Shown here piece by piece: positions 8,605 to 16,494 of a stretch of 64,000 bases of DNA. The position numbers were made by a program, and so were the translations under genes. The first letter of the stretch is position 1. Every line of letters starts with the position of its first letter. The notes below the pieces were generated by a model. It searched no databases. It was not told the DNA's origin and was given only the letters and a program-made list of their open reading frames with translations. Origin of the DNA: an uncultured bacterium (lineage in GTDB: Bacteria; Planctomycetota; UBA1135; GCA-002686595); assembly GCA_943787795.1 (NCBI GenBank), contig CALSNU010000004.1:448001-512000 (forward strand), given 5' to 3'.

Positions 8605-9978
8605 TCAGCGGCCGCGAGCCAGCCATCGCTCGACCGTGCTGCGCTCGACGCGCACCACGTCTGGAAGAAAGGCGATGAGCTCCTCGTCCTCGCCGGCGCG
8701 ATGCGGGCTGACGAACTCCCACACCACCGCGCCCTCCGCCGTCACCTCGACCGCGCGCCCGGCGGTTGACTCGATCACGAGCGTATTGCCATTCGCGAGC
8801 CGCTGACAGGAGCCGCCCACGGGCGAGTTCAGGCCTCGAGCGCCCGCGCCGGCGTACTCCCAGGCGATGGCTCCGTCACGCGGCTCGACCTCGACGACGC
8901 GTGAACGCCCGCGCACGCCAGAGCGGCGTCCGCCCTGGTTGTCGAACACCAGAATGCGACCGGTCGGCAGCGGCACGGCCTCGTGCTGCATCTGCCACGA
9001 CCCATCCAGATACCAGCGCGCGATGGCCCCATCGCCCTCGATCTCTAGCGCGATGAGCGCGTTCATCTCGCGCACGGAGAGCAAGAACCAGCCGGCTTCG
9101 AGGCCGTCGATGGCCGCCGCGACCTCCTCGCTGACCACCCGCACGCTGTTCGTATGGAAGACGTCGCCGGTGAATCGGAAGCGCTCCAGGAGCGCGGGGT
9201 CCCTGGCGATCTCCTCCGCGTAGCGCTCGCGCGTCTTCGCGCGCAGCGCGACGATCTCGTCAATCTTGGTGCGGATGTAGCTCCGCGTCCGCTCCGCGAA
9301 CGGCGAGCGCATCAGCGCCCCCATCAGCGAGACCTGCTGCAAGACCTCGCCCTCGGGCGAGAAGATCGTGATGCGGTCGTCGAGCAGGAGCCTCTCGGGG
9401 TCGATGCTCGCGAAGATGCGCGCCTCGCGGTCGAGCGAGAAGACCCGTCCGTCCGGCAGGACCCCGACGTCGTGATGAGCGGGCCCGTCGTACGACCAGC
9501 GCACGTTCGAGTCCCGGTCCAGACAGACGAGACCCTTGCCCTCGAAGATGGCCAGGATACCGCCGTCGTCGAGCAGCCGCGCCTTGCGAAAATACCCGAA
9601 CCCCAGGTCCGCTCGCTCCGGCCAGATTGTGAGCGGGCTGCGCTCCCATCGGTGCACGAGCGTGCCGTCCATCTCGACCAGCCGCGCCTCGGCCCCGTGA
9701 CCGGACACGTAGAGGTTCAGGCCGGGCTGCGCGCGCGTCGCGTCATGGGCGAGCACGCCGAAGCGCGAGCTCCCCTCCTCCATCCCGGAGGCGTAGCCGA
9801 TGCTCTCCAGCGCCCGCGCGGCCTCGGCGCGCTCATCGATCGCTCCCGCGTCCTGCGACTTGTACCAGTGCCCACGGGGCGCCTTCGCCCCGGCTCCAAG
9901 CCCGGCCGCAGCTCCGCCGGCAGACGGTCCTCCATTGGGCTCACCACAGGCGGCAAACACGAGTCCAGCGAGGACCAT
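8605..9978 (-). CDS. Arylsulfotransferase (ASST, PAPS-independent) family lipoprotein
   Basis: Motifs HHDV, GDVFHTNSV, QHEA, ILVFDN, SRVVEV, CQRLANGNTL; lipobox LVFAAC after ATG 9978. The ORF extends to TTG 10083, so the start is uncertain. Confidence 0.85.
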   Translation of the reverse strand: MVLAGLVFAACGEPNGGPSAGGAAAGLGAGAKAPRGHWYKSQDAGAIDERAEAARALESIGYASGMEEGSSRFGVLAHDATRAQPGLNLYVSGHGAEARLVEMDGTLVHRWERSPLTIWPERADLGFGYFRKARLLDDGGILAIFEGKGLVCLDRDSNVRWSYDGPAHHDVGVLPDGRVFSLDREARIFASIDPERLLLDDRITIFSPEGEVLQQVSLMGALMRSPFAERTRSYIRTKIDEIVALRAKTRERYAEEIARDPALLERFRFTGDVFHTNSVRVVSEEVAAAIDGLEAGWFLLSVREMNALIALEIEGDGAIARWYLDGSWQMQHEAVPLPTGRILVFDNQGGRRSGVRGRSRVVEVEPRDGAIAWEYAGAGARGLNSPVGGSCQRLANGNTLVIESTAGRAVEVTAEGAVVWEFVSPHRAGEDEELIAFLPDVVRVERSTVERWLARGR

Positions 9979-10457
9979 CGAGCCAGCCCAGCGCGCGCGC
10001 GCCGCGACCGGAGCGGTCCAACTCTTGAGGGTAGCGAGCACGCGATGAGGTGGGATCAGGGCCGCAACAAGCCGCGACGCCAAGACTCTAACGCTCCTGG
10101 TGACTCACCACCGGCGCGTTCTTCCATCCCCTCCGATCCACGCTCCCCTCCCTTCTCTCCCTCCCGCCCGCACGGGACCTGCAAGTTGACGCCGCGACCG
10201 CCGCGCCGCTCTGGCTCCCCGGACCGTCGCGCGGCCTGGGGTCGCCCACCAGCATCCCAGGCCGGCGAGCGCGACGGCGCCCCCCCAGGCATCTCACCTT
10301 CACGGATCGAGTCCGAGCTTCACGGCCGCCGGAGGACGTCCAGCGGCAGGCTTCGACGCTGGGGGCCGCCGCGCGGCCATGAGGGAGGCCGAGGCCTCCG
10401 CTTGCAACCGTCGGGCTCAATTGGGATAAACCGCGCGAGGCGGGGCCTCCCAACACC

Positions 10458-11378
10458 ATGCAGGAAACCAACGAGACCGGAGAGGGGGAGCTGGCGGAGT
10501 ATCAGTCGCGGCTGTCCGAGGCAGGGATCGAGTCGGACTACCGGGCGGTGCTCGTGCGCGGGGTCCCGCAGAACCCGATGTTTGATATCCGGGCGTTTGA
10601 AGCCGTGATCGACGGCTTTCGGGCGAAGGACGAGGACGTCTTCGTCGCCACCTATGTGAAGGCCGGGACGACCTGGGTCCAGCAGATCCTGCACGGCCTC
10701 CTGCGCGGCGGAGAGAGCGGCGGCAGGTACGGAGAGTCCGTCCCCTGGCTGGAGGCGTGCGCCTCCTCGCCCGAGGTCATCGGTCCACGGGAAGCACCGG
10801 GCTGGACCATGGAGGAGATCAACGCGGCTCCGGGTCCGCGGTACTTCAAGACTCACGCGAAGGTCGAGGATCTACCGCGCGGAGACGCGCGGCCGCGAGT
10901 GATCTGCGTCGCGCGAAATCCCAAGGACACCGTGGTCTCGCTCTACCACCACGCGCGCAACAAGCCGGAGTTCGGCTTCAGCGGCGACTTCGAGACCTTC
11001 CTGAGGATCTTCCTCTCGGACCTCGCGGAGAACGGGAGCTGGTTCGATCACGTCCTCGGGTGGTACCAGGAGTGTCGCCGCCACCCCGAGACCCACCTCT
11101 TCCTGAAGTACGAAGACCTCCACGACGACACGGCAGCGGTCGTGCAGCAGCTCGCGGCGTTCCTGGGCCTGCCGATCAACGAGGAGATCCTCAGCGGCAC
11201 GCTGAGAGTGGCCAGCCTCGAGGACATGAAGCAGAACGCCTCCATCGGGATGAACCACCTCCGGAAGGGGGGCTACGGCGGGTGGCGAGGGGTCTTCACC
11301 GACGCGATGAACGAGCGCTTCGATCGGCTCTATGCACGCAAGATGTCGGCCAGTGACCTGACGTTCAGGTTCGAATGA
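10458..11378 (+). CDS. PAPS-dependent sulfotransferase (Sulfotransfer_1, SULT-like)
   Basis: 5'-PSB loop TYVKAGTTW, KTH, 3'-PB RNPKDTVVS, GSWFDHV, YEDL, C-terminal RKGGYGGW. Confidence 0.92.
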   Translation: MQETNETGEGELAEYQSRLSEAGIESDYRAVLVRGVPQNPMFDIRAFEAVIDGFRAKDEDVFVATYVKAGTTWVQQILHGLLRGGESGGRYGESVPWLEACASSPEVIGPREAPGWTMEEINAAPGPRYFKTHAKVEDLPRGDARPRVICVARNPKDTVVSLYHHARNKPEFGFSGDFETFLRIFLSDLAENGSWFDHVLGWYQECRRHPETHLFLKYEDLHDDTAAVVQQLAAFLGLPINEEILSGTLRVASLEDMKQNASIGMNHLRKGGYGGWRGVFTDAMNERFDRLYARKMSASDLTFRFE

Positions 11379-11391
11379 CGGGAGGCCCTGT

Positions 11392-11434
11392 CGCGAGTCC
11401 TGCCCGCGAGTTCTGCCCGCGAGTTCTGCCCGCG
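11392..11434 (+). repeat. 13-bp tandem repeat x3.3 (CGCGAGTYCTGCC) just after the sulfotransferase stop
   Basis: cgcgagtcctgcc cgcgagttctgcc cgcgagttctgcc cgcg. Confidence 0.8.
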
Positions 11435-11509
11435 GGGCCGGACTGAGTGGCAGCCGGCCCCGCGGACTGGCGATCGCGAGCGCCCTCCGCCGCGGCGCAC
11501 GCCTTGGAC

Positions 11510-11716
11510 CAAACCTGCGGCCTGGAGCGCCTCCAGCAGCGCGTCCGCGACGCCGACCGACGACGCCGGGTTCTGTCCGGTGATCAGGAGGCCGTCCACG
11601 ATGACGAACGGCGTCCAGTCATCGGCCTTCTCGTCCCTTCCGCCGAGTTCAACCAGGCGGTCCTCCACGAGGAATTGGACGACCCGGGTGAGCCCCACCG
11701 CAGCCTCTTCCGAGTC
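11510..11716 (-). pseudogene. C-terminal fragment of a DJ-1/PfpI (type 1 glutamine amidotransferase-like, Hsp31-type) gene
   Basis: SEEAAVGLTRVVQFLVEDRLVELGG...DDWTPFVIVDGLLITGQNPASS matches the family C-terminus. The catalytic N-terminal two thirds are absent. Confidence 0.8.
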
Positions 11717-11834
11717 GCGGTCCAAGCGGCGCGTGGGGCTGAGGCCGATGAAGAGGCGAAGGGGGCGTGCATCGGGATGGCAAGCCTGGCCGCCCTCCCC
11801 CATCACCAAGCCGCCGATGATCGAGGTGCGGCGC

Positions 11835-14099
11835 CTAGCGGTCCTCGAGCAACAAGCCCTCGGCGTCGGCCTTGCGCATGGGCCTCGTCTGCCAGGAGTC
11901 GAAGGGTAGCAGCACCCGGCGGGCGCGCGCCGCGTGGTCGATACGGCGGATCCATCCGGTCGGGATCGAGAGCGTGCCGAGGTCGTCGTGCTCGAAGACG
12001 AGGCGGCCGCCCTCAGAGCTCAGCGCAGCGCCGTGGAGCACCGCTCCCCCCACCAACGGTCCGCCGCTCCGCCCCTGCGCACCGAGAGTGACCTGCCACG
12101 CCCCATCCACCAAGACGGCGTCCGGCTGGGGGTCACGGTCCACCCGCACCCAGCCCGCGAGCCGCTGGAGGGGCACGCTGATGCCCGCGGTCGCGCCGCC
12201 GACCAGGCGCGCCTGAGCGTCCGCAAGCCCCTTGAGGTCCGCGCGGATCAGGTCGCCATTGCGAGCCAGGAAGAGCTGCTCCCCCGGGCTCGCGGCCTCA
12301 CTCCTCGGGATCGCGAGCGCCCAGGACAGCCGAAGAGCGTCCCCATCACGCGTCATCCGGGAGGGCTTGAGTGAGAGGTCCATCGCCTCTCCCGCGAAGG
12401 ACCGGCGCTTGTAGAACGGGTGCTGCGTGAGCTTCATCGCCTGGTTGATGAGGAGGCCTGGCGCGAGCAGGACGGCCTTGATCCGATCCTGCGAGATCTC
12501 GACCTGGCCCTCGCCCAGCGGCGTCTCGACGGTGACCGACATCGAACTCGCCCGGACGACGCGCGCTGGAAAGCGCTGACCATCCACGAGCACGAGGATG
12601 TTGGGGAACGCCCGATCACCGGCGGGGTCCTCCGCCGACCGCCTCGTGAGGCTGAAGGGCACGCCACTGGGGACCGCGATGGGCTCCTTGAAGCCGAAGA
12701 CCTGAAGCCGGGGCTGCGGCCGGCCATCCACCACCTCGAAGCCCGCGAGCTTCACGTTGACCGCGGCTCGACCCTCGAGCTCGAGGCTGGCGGCAGGAGC
12801 GCTGTCGAAGCCCGTCGTCGATCGCCGCCGGAAGTGCCACAGCTCGCCGAGGGGGAGGACCACCGGGGTCTCGGCCCAGCGGGGAATGAACCGCAGTCCG
12901 CCCGGGACAAAGCTGAGCTCGCGCCCCTCGACGGACTCGCCGTCCCGGCAGGTCACTCGATACCAGCCCTCCTCGGGCTCAGAGGCCTCCAACGCATCCC
13001 GATCCGGACCCACCGCGGAGCGGAGCCCCTGAGACCGGTCAAAGTCCACGGTCCCCCCCTCCAGCTCGAAGGTCCGAACCTCGGGGTCGAACCCGCGGAC
13101 GCGGTCCAGCATGATCGCTCGCTCCACCGCGAGCCGGCCCGGCTCGGGCCTGGCGGCCATGGCGACCTCGGCGCGCAGGATCTTCATGGGCGCGCCGAGC
13201 GACGTCACGAGCACGGCGTCCCGTCGGCTCGGCCGGTCCAGCGCCGCGCCGATGACCGAGACTCGACCCGAGGGCTCCTCGACGCTCGCGAGCCGAACAC
13301 GCTCACCGCCGATCTCGAACTGGAGGACGATCGAGCTGTCGTCGGAGAGCTCGAGCCCGGTCTGCCTGAGGTTCAGATCTGCCCCGTCAAAGGTGTAGAG
13401 CACCAGCTCGCCCTCCCAGGGCTCCACCACGACGCCCCCGAAGGTCTCTCGGCGGTGATCCCCGCCCAGGTGGATCCGAAACTCGGGCGCACCCTCCCAG
13501 GAGAGCTCGAGCAGCAGCCGATCTCCGTAGTCGAGGCAGCGACGCGCTGCCACCGCGCCGCGGGTCGTGAGCAGGAGGGCGGCGTCGTTGCTCTGAACAT
13601 CCTTCGCGCCCTCGTTGCGATCCATCCACGGTCCCCAGAGGGGGCGCGCGGGCCCGTCGGTGTCCGCCAACGCCGGCGGCAAGAGGTCGCCGCACTCCCT
13701 AACGGGCACGCTGAAGGACCCCAGCCGCGAGCTCTCGAACCCGATGAAGCCTCCCCCCACGGACGTCACGCGGCCGCGCAGGCTCTGGCGCCGCTTCAGG
13801 GTGAGCAGATCCCGCCCCGACTCGGGAGCGAGCGGGAGCCTGAGCCCCTCGGGAACCGTGACCAGCGAGGTGATCGCCTCGAGGTCCAGCGTCGCCGGCG
13901 CGTCGTACGGGTCCACCTCCAGTCGGAGTTCTCCCGACCCGGAGACCGTCGCCGGCCCGACGTACTGGGAGTCGTCCGCCAGCAACACCGAGATCGGGAG
14001 GACCTCACCTCCGGTCTCCTGGCTCGCCGCGGCGGGCGCAGCCAGCGCGAAGAGACCGGCGGTCGCCACCGCACTCAAGATCCAACGGCCCACGCTCAT
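11835..14099 (-). CDS. Secreted hypothetical protein with repeated L/V-x-x-x-(D/N)G-x-x-L-x-G beta modules; last gene of the DUF58/BatA operon
   Basis: ATGA overlap with the upstream stop at 14096-14099; signal peptide MSVGRWILSAVATAGLFALAAPAAASQ. Confidence 0.75.
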   Translation of the reverse strand: MSVGRWILSAVATAGLFALAAPAAASQETGGEVLPISVLLADDSQYVGPATVSGSGELRLEVDPYDAPATLDLEAITSLVTVPEGLRLPLAPESGRDLLTLKRRQSLRGRVTSVGGGFIGFESSRLGSFSVPVRECGDLLPPALADTDGPARPLWGPWMDRNEGAKDVQSNDAALLLTTRGAVAARRCLDYGDRLLLELSWEGAPEFRIHLGGDHRRETFGGVVVEPWEGELVLYTFDGADLNLRQTGLELSDDSSIVLQFEIGGERVRLASVEEPSGRVSVIGAALDRPSRRDAVLVTSLGAPMKILRAEVAMAARPEPGRLAVERAIMLDRVRGFDPEVRTFELEGGTVDFDRSQGLRSAVGPDRDALEASEPEEGWYRVTCRDGESVEGRELSFVPGGLRFIPRWAETPVVLPLGELWHFRRRSTTGFDSAPAASLELEGRAAVNVKLAGFEVVDGRPQPRLQVFGFKEPIAVPSGVPFSLTRRSAEDPAGDRAFPNILVLVDGQRFPARVVRASSMSVTVETPLGEGQVEISQDRIKAVLLAPGLLINQAMKLTQHPFYKRRSFAGEAMDLSLKPSRMTRDGDALRLSWALAIPRSEAASPGEQLFLARNGDLIRADLKGLADAQARLVGGATAGISVPLQRLAGWVRVDRDPQPDAVLVDGAWQVTLGAQGRSGGPLVGGAVLHGAALSSEGGRLVFEHDDLGTLSIPTGWIRRIDHAARARRVLLPFDSWQTRPMRKADAEGLLLEDR

Positions 14100-15130
14100 C
14101 GCTCGTAGACCGGCAGGAGGGTGTACTCGAGGGCTCCGGAGAGGAGCAGCATGGCCGTCTGATAGGCCGGCCCCTGGAATGACGCCGCGATGACGATCCG
14201 GCCGTCCTCGCCCTGTCGCAGGATCAGGTCGTTGGTGTTCTTTGCGCTCCACGCGCGCCACGCAGCGTGGTCAAGCTGGAAGAGCGCCTGCGAGACGTAG
14301 TAGCGGGAGTAGCACGGGTGGGCCGAGCGGGTGGATTCCACCGAGCGCGATATGACGTAGCTGCGCAGCGCGTCGTCCGCCAGCGGCCGCTTCGCTACGG
14401 ATCGGCACAGCGCGACGATCGACGACCGCGCGAGCGAGTCTCCGTACCCGCCCGTCCCCGAGTAGGAGACGGTCCCCGACTCCGAGGTCATGGTCTCGAG
14501 GTATCCAAGGGCGCTCTCGATCGACTCGTCGGGGACCGGCACGCCCGCGTTCCGAGCACCGAGCAGACCCATCAAGATCCCGCCCGTGACCGAGGAGTCC
14601 GCGTCGGAGGAGCTCGGCGAGTAGCGCCACGCCTTGAAGGGGTTCTGCTTCTGCGAGGTCACCGCGCAGCGCACGGCCAGCCGCAGGGCGTCCCCGATCG
14701 AGCGCTCCAGCTCCAGGTCCTTGTCCTCGAAGAGCCGCTCATCCACGGCGCCGAAGCAGTCCGCGAGGCAGAGCATCGCGAACCCGTGCTCGTACATCCC
14801 GCTCCCGATCTGTCCCGAGGAGCGGCTCTGCTGGGCGATGAGTGAGCGGAGGCCCCGGCGGATGCTGTCCGCGTACTTACCGTGGTTCGGATCTTCACCG
14901 GAGGCGAGCAACGCCATGATGCAGATTCCGCTGACCCCAGCGCTGCTCTCCCAGGAACCCCCGTCGGCCTGCTGGCCGACGATGAAGTCAGCGCCTCGCG
15001 CGTGAAGCCGGCGGTGGGCTGGCGGCACAGGCGCGCCCGTGCGCACCTCCTGCCCAAAGGACGGCGTGAGCACCGAGATGAGGAGGGCCAGCGCGGCCGC
15101 TATGCGGTTGATTCGTTGTCGACCCATCAT
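14096..15130 (-). CDS. Prenyltransferase/squalene oxidase repeat (alpha-alpha barrel) secreted protein
   Basis: ATGA overlap at 15127-15130; QQADGGSW, MYEHGFAMLCLA, WRYSP...DADSSVT, QGEDG; C-terminal LLPVYER. Confidence 0.85.
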   Translation of the reverse strand: MMGRQRINRIAAALALLISVLTPSFGQEVRTGAPVPPAHRRLHARGADFIVGQQADGGSWESSAGVSGICIMALLASGEDPNHGKYADSIRRGLRSLIAQQSRSSGQIGSGMYEHGFAMLCLADCFGAVDERLFEDKDLELERSIGDALRLAVRCAVTSQKQNPFKAWRYSPSSSDADSSVTGGILMGLLGARNAGVPVPDESIESALGYLETMTSESGTVSYSGTGGYGDSLARSSIVALCRSVAKRPLADDALRSYVISRSVESTRSAHPCYSRYYVSQALFQLDHAAWRAWSAKNTNDLILRQGEDGRIVIAASFQGPAYQTAMLLLSGALEYTLLPVYER

Positions 15131-16494
15131 CGTCCACTCTCCTCGACGCCGAGCGCCTTCAGCTGATCCGCCGAGAGGACCTGTCGCAGGTCCGTCATGA
15201 AGGCAGCCCGGGGCTGCACCTTGGCTCTGGTCTGGACGCCTGCCCCGACGCCGTTGGCGCTGACAACTTGCGGCAGCCCTAGAGCTCTGAGGAGCGGCCT
15301 CGCCCCGATCGCCCCGAGGCCCAGGGCCCCCCGGTCCACCTCCCGGCCGACCTCGCGCTGAAGCGCCGCGCCCAGCGCCTCGCGCCGGCCGTCGTCCAGC
15401 AACAGCAGCTGGTCGAGGTGTTCGAGCATGAGCCGGCCACGGGCGCCCACCAGTACGCCCCGGTCGCCATCGCGCCAGGGGCCGGGCGCCGCACCATCGA
15501 CCGCATGGCGCGCCTCCTCCCGTCGCACGAGCGCCTTCCAGAGGAGCTGCTGATCCAGGTCGACCACCGCTCGGAGCAGGTTGCGTTCGCCGGTACGGCG
15601 CGGCTTCCAGCGGTCGCGGCGAAACTCCCGGCCCATCGCCGTCGCGCCCCGGGTGAGCAGGGTCGCCTGCTCTTCGCTCCACCCGTGATAGGCCGCCAGC
15701 GCCAGCGCCTCGAGCACGAAGTCATCCTCGGGAAAGCGTCCACCGCCAAGGGCCCTGGCGCCGCCGCGGCCTGAAGACCGGCCGGCTGCGGACACGGCGC
15801 GCATCCGCACGAGCCGGTTGACCTGCTCCCGGGCGAGAAGCGTTCGGACCGGCTTGAAGGTGACCACGGCCGCGGTCAGGTCAGTCGAGGTCGCGCGATC
15901 TCGCCGCCAGCGCGGATCCTCGAGCCAGGCCATGACCGGCTCGCGGAGCGCATCGGCCTGCGCCTCCCGGAGCCGCAGCTCCACGGTCAACGCCCGGAGG
16001 AGCACCTCGCCCGAGGCCGCCTCCAGGCGAGCCTCACGCGAGGCACGATCGGCCTTGAGGGCGGTCTGCTGCTCGACGTTGAGCCCGCCCTCCCAGGCCG
16101 AGGTCCACTCGCTGGACGTGAGCAGAGCCTCCCAGGCAGACTCGACCCAGTCGGGGTCTCGCGCCTCCGCCATGCGCCGAGCCTCGACGACCGCTTCCTC
16201 GACGAGGTCATCGAGGGCGACGCTCAGGCGCTCCACCTGGTCCCCTGATGAGCCGGCGACGCGGGCGATCCAGTCGAGGTACGCGGCAGCGAGCCCCTCG
16301 AGACGGGCTCCCTCCCCCGTGATGTCCGTGGGCGCAGTGGACCCCACCTCCACGGGCTGACCTTGATCCAAGGACACGATCGGGCCTGCCCCGGCGGGCG
16401 CCAAGACGTGCAGCGCCGGCATGGCCGCCAGGATTCCAAGCGCCCTCCAGGGCGAGCCGCGATGCCCGCGTTGATGACCTCGCTTGATGCTCAC
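15127..16494 (-). CDS. Hypothetical alpha-helical protein (operon member)
   Basis: Overlaps of 4 bp with both neighbours; N-terminal hydrophobic stretch. Confidence 0.65.
   Translation of the reverse strand: MSIKRGHQRGHRGSPWRALGILAAMPALHVLAPAGAGPIVSLDQGQPVEVGSTAPTDITGEGARLEGLAAAYLDWIARVAGSSGDQVERLSVALDDLVEEAVVEARRMAEARDPDWVESAWEALLTSSEWTSAWEGGLNVEQQTALKADRASREARLEAASGEVLLRALTVELRLREAQADALREPVMAWLEDPRWRRDRATSTDLTAAVVTFKPVRTLLAREQVNRLVRMRAVSAAGRSSGRGGARALGGGRFPEDDFVLEALALAAYHGWSEEQATLLTRGATAMGREFRRDRWKPRRTGERNLLRAVVDLDQQLLWKALVRREEARHAVDGAAPGPWRDGDRGVLVGARGRLMLEHLDQLLLLDDGRREALGAALQREVGREVDRGALGLGAIGARPLLRALGLPQVVSANGVGAGVQTRAKVQPRAAFMTDLRQVLSADQLKALGVEESGR

Noticed and set aside
1608..11434. 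Short repeats as CRISPR arrays
   Set aside because: Units are 8-15 bp, contiguous and without spacers; no cas genes in the window.
14096..15130. Possible squalene-hopene cyclase / terpene cluster
   Set aside because: Only ~345 aa, has a signal peptide and lacks the DxDD motif; its context is the DUF58/BatA operon.
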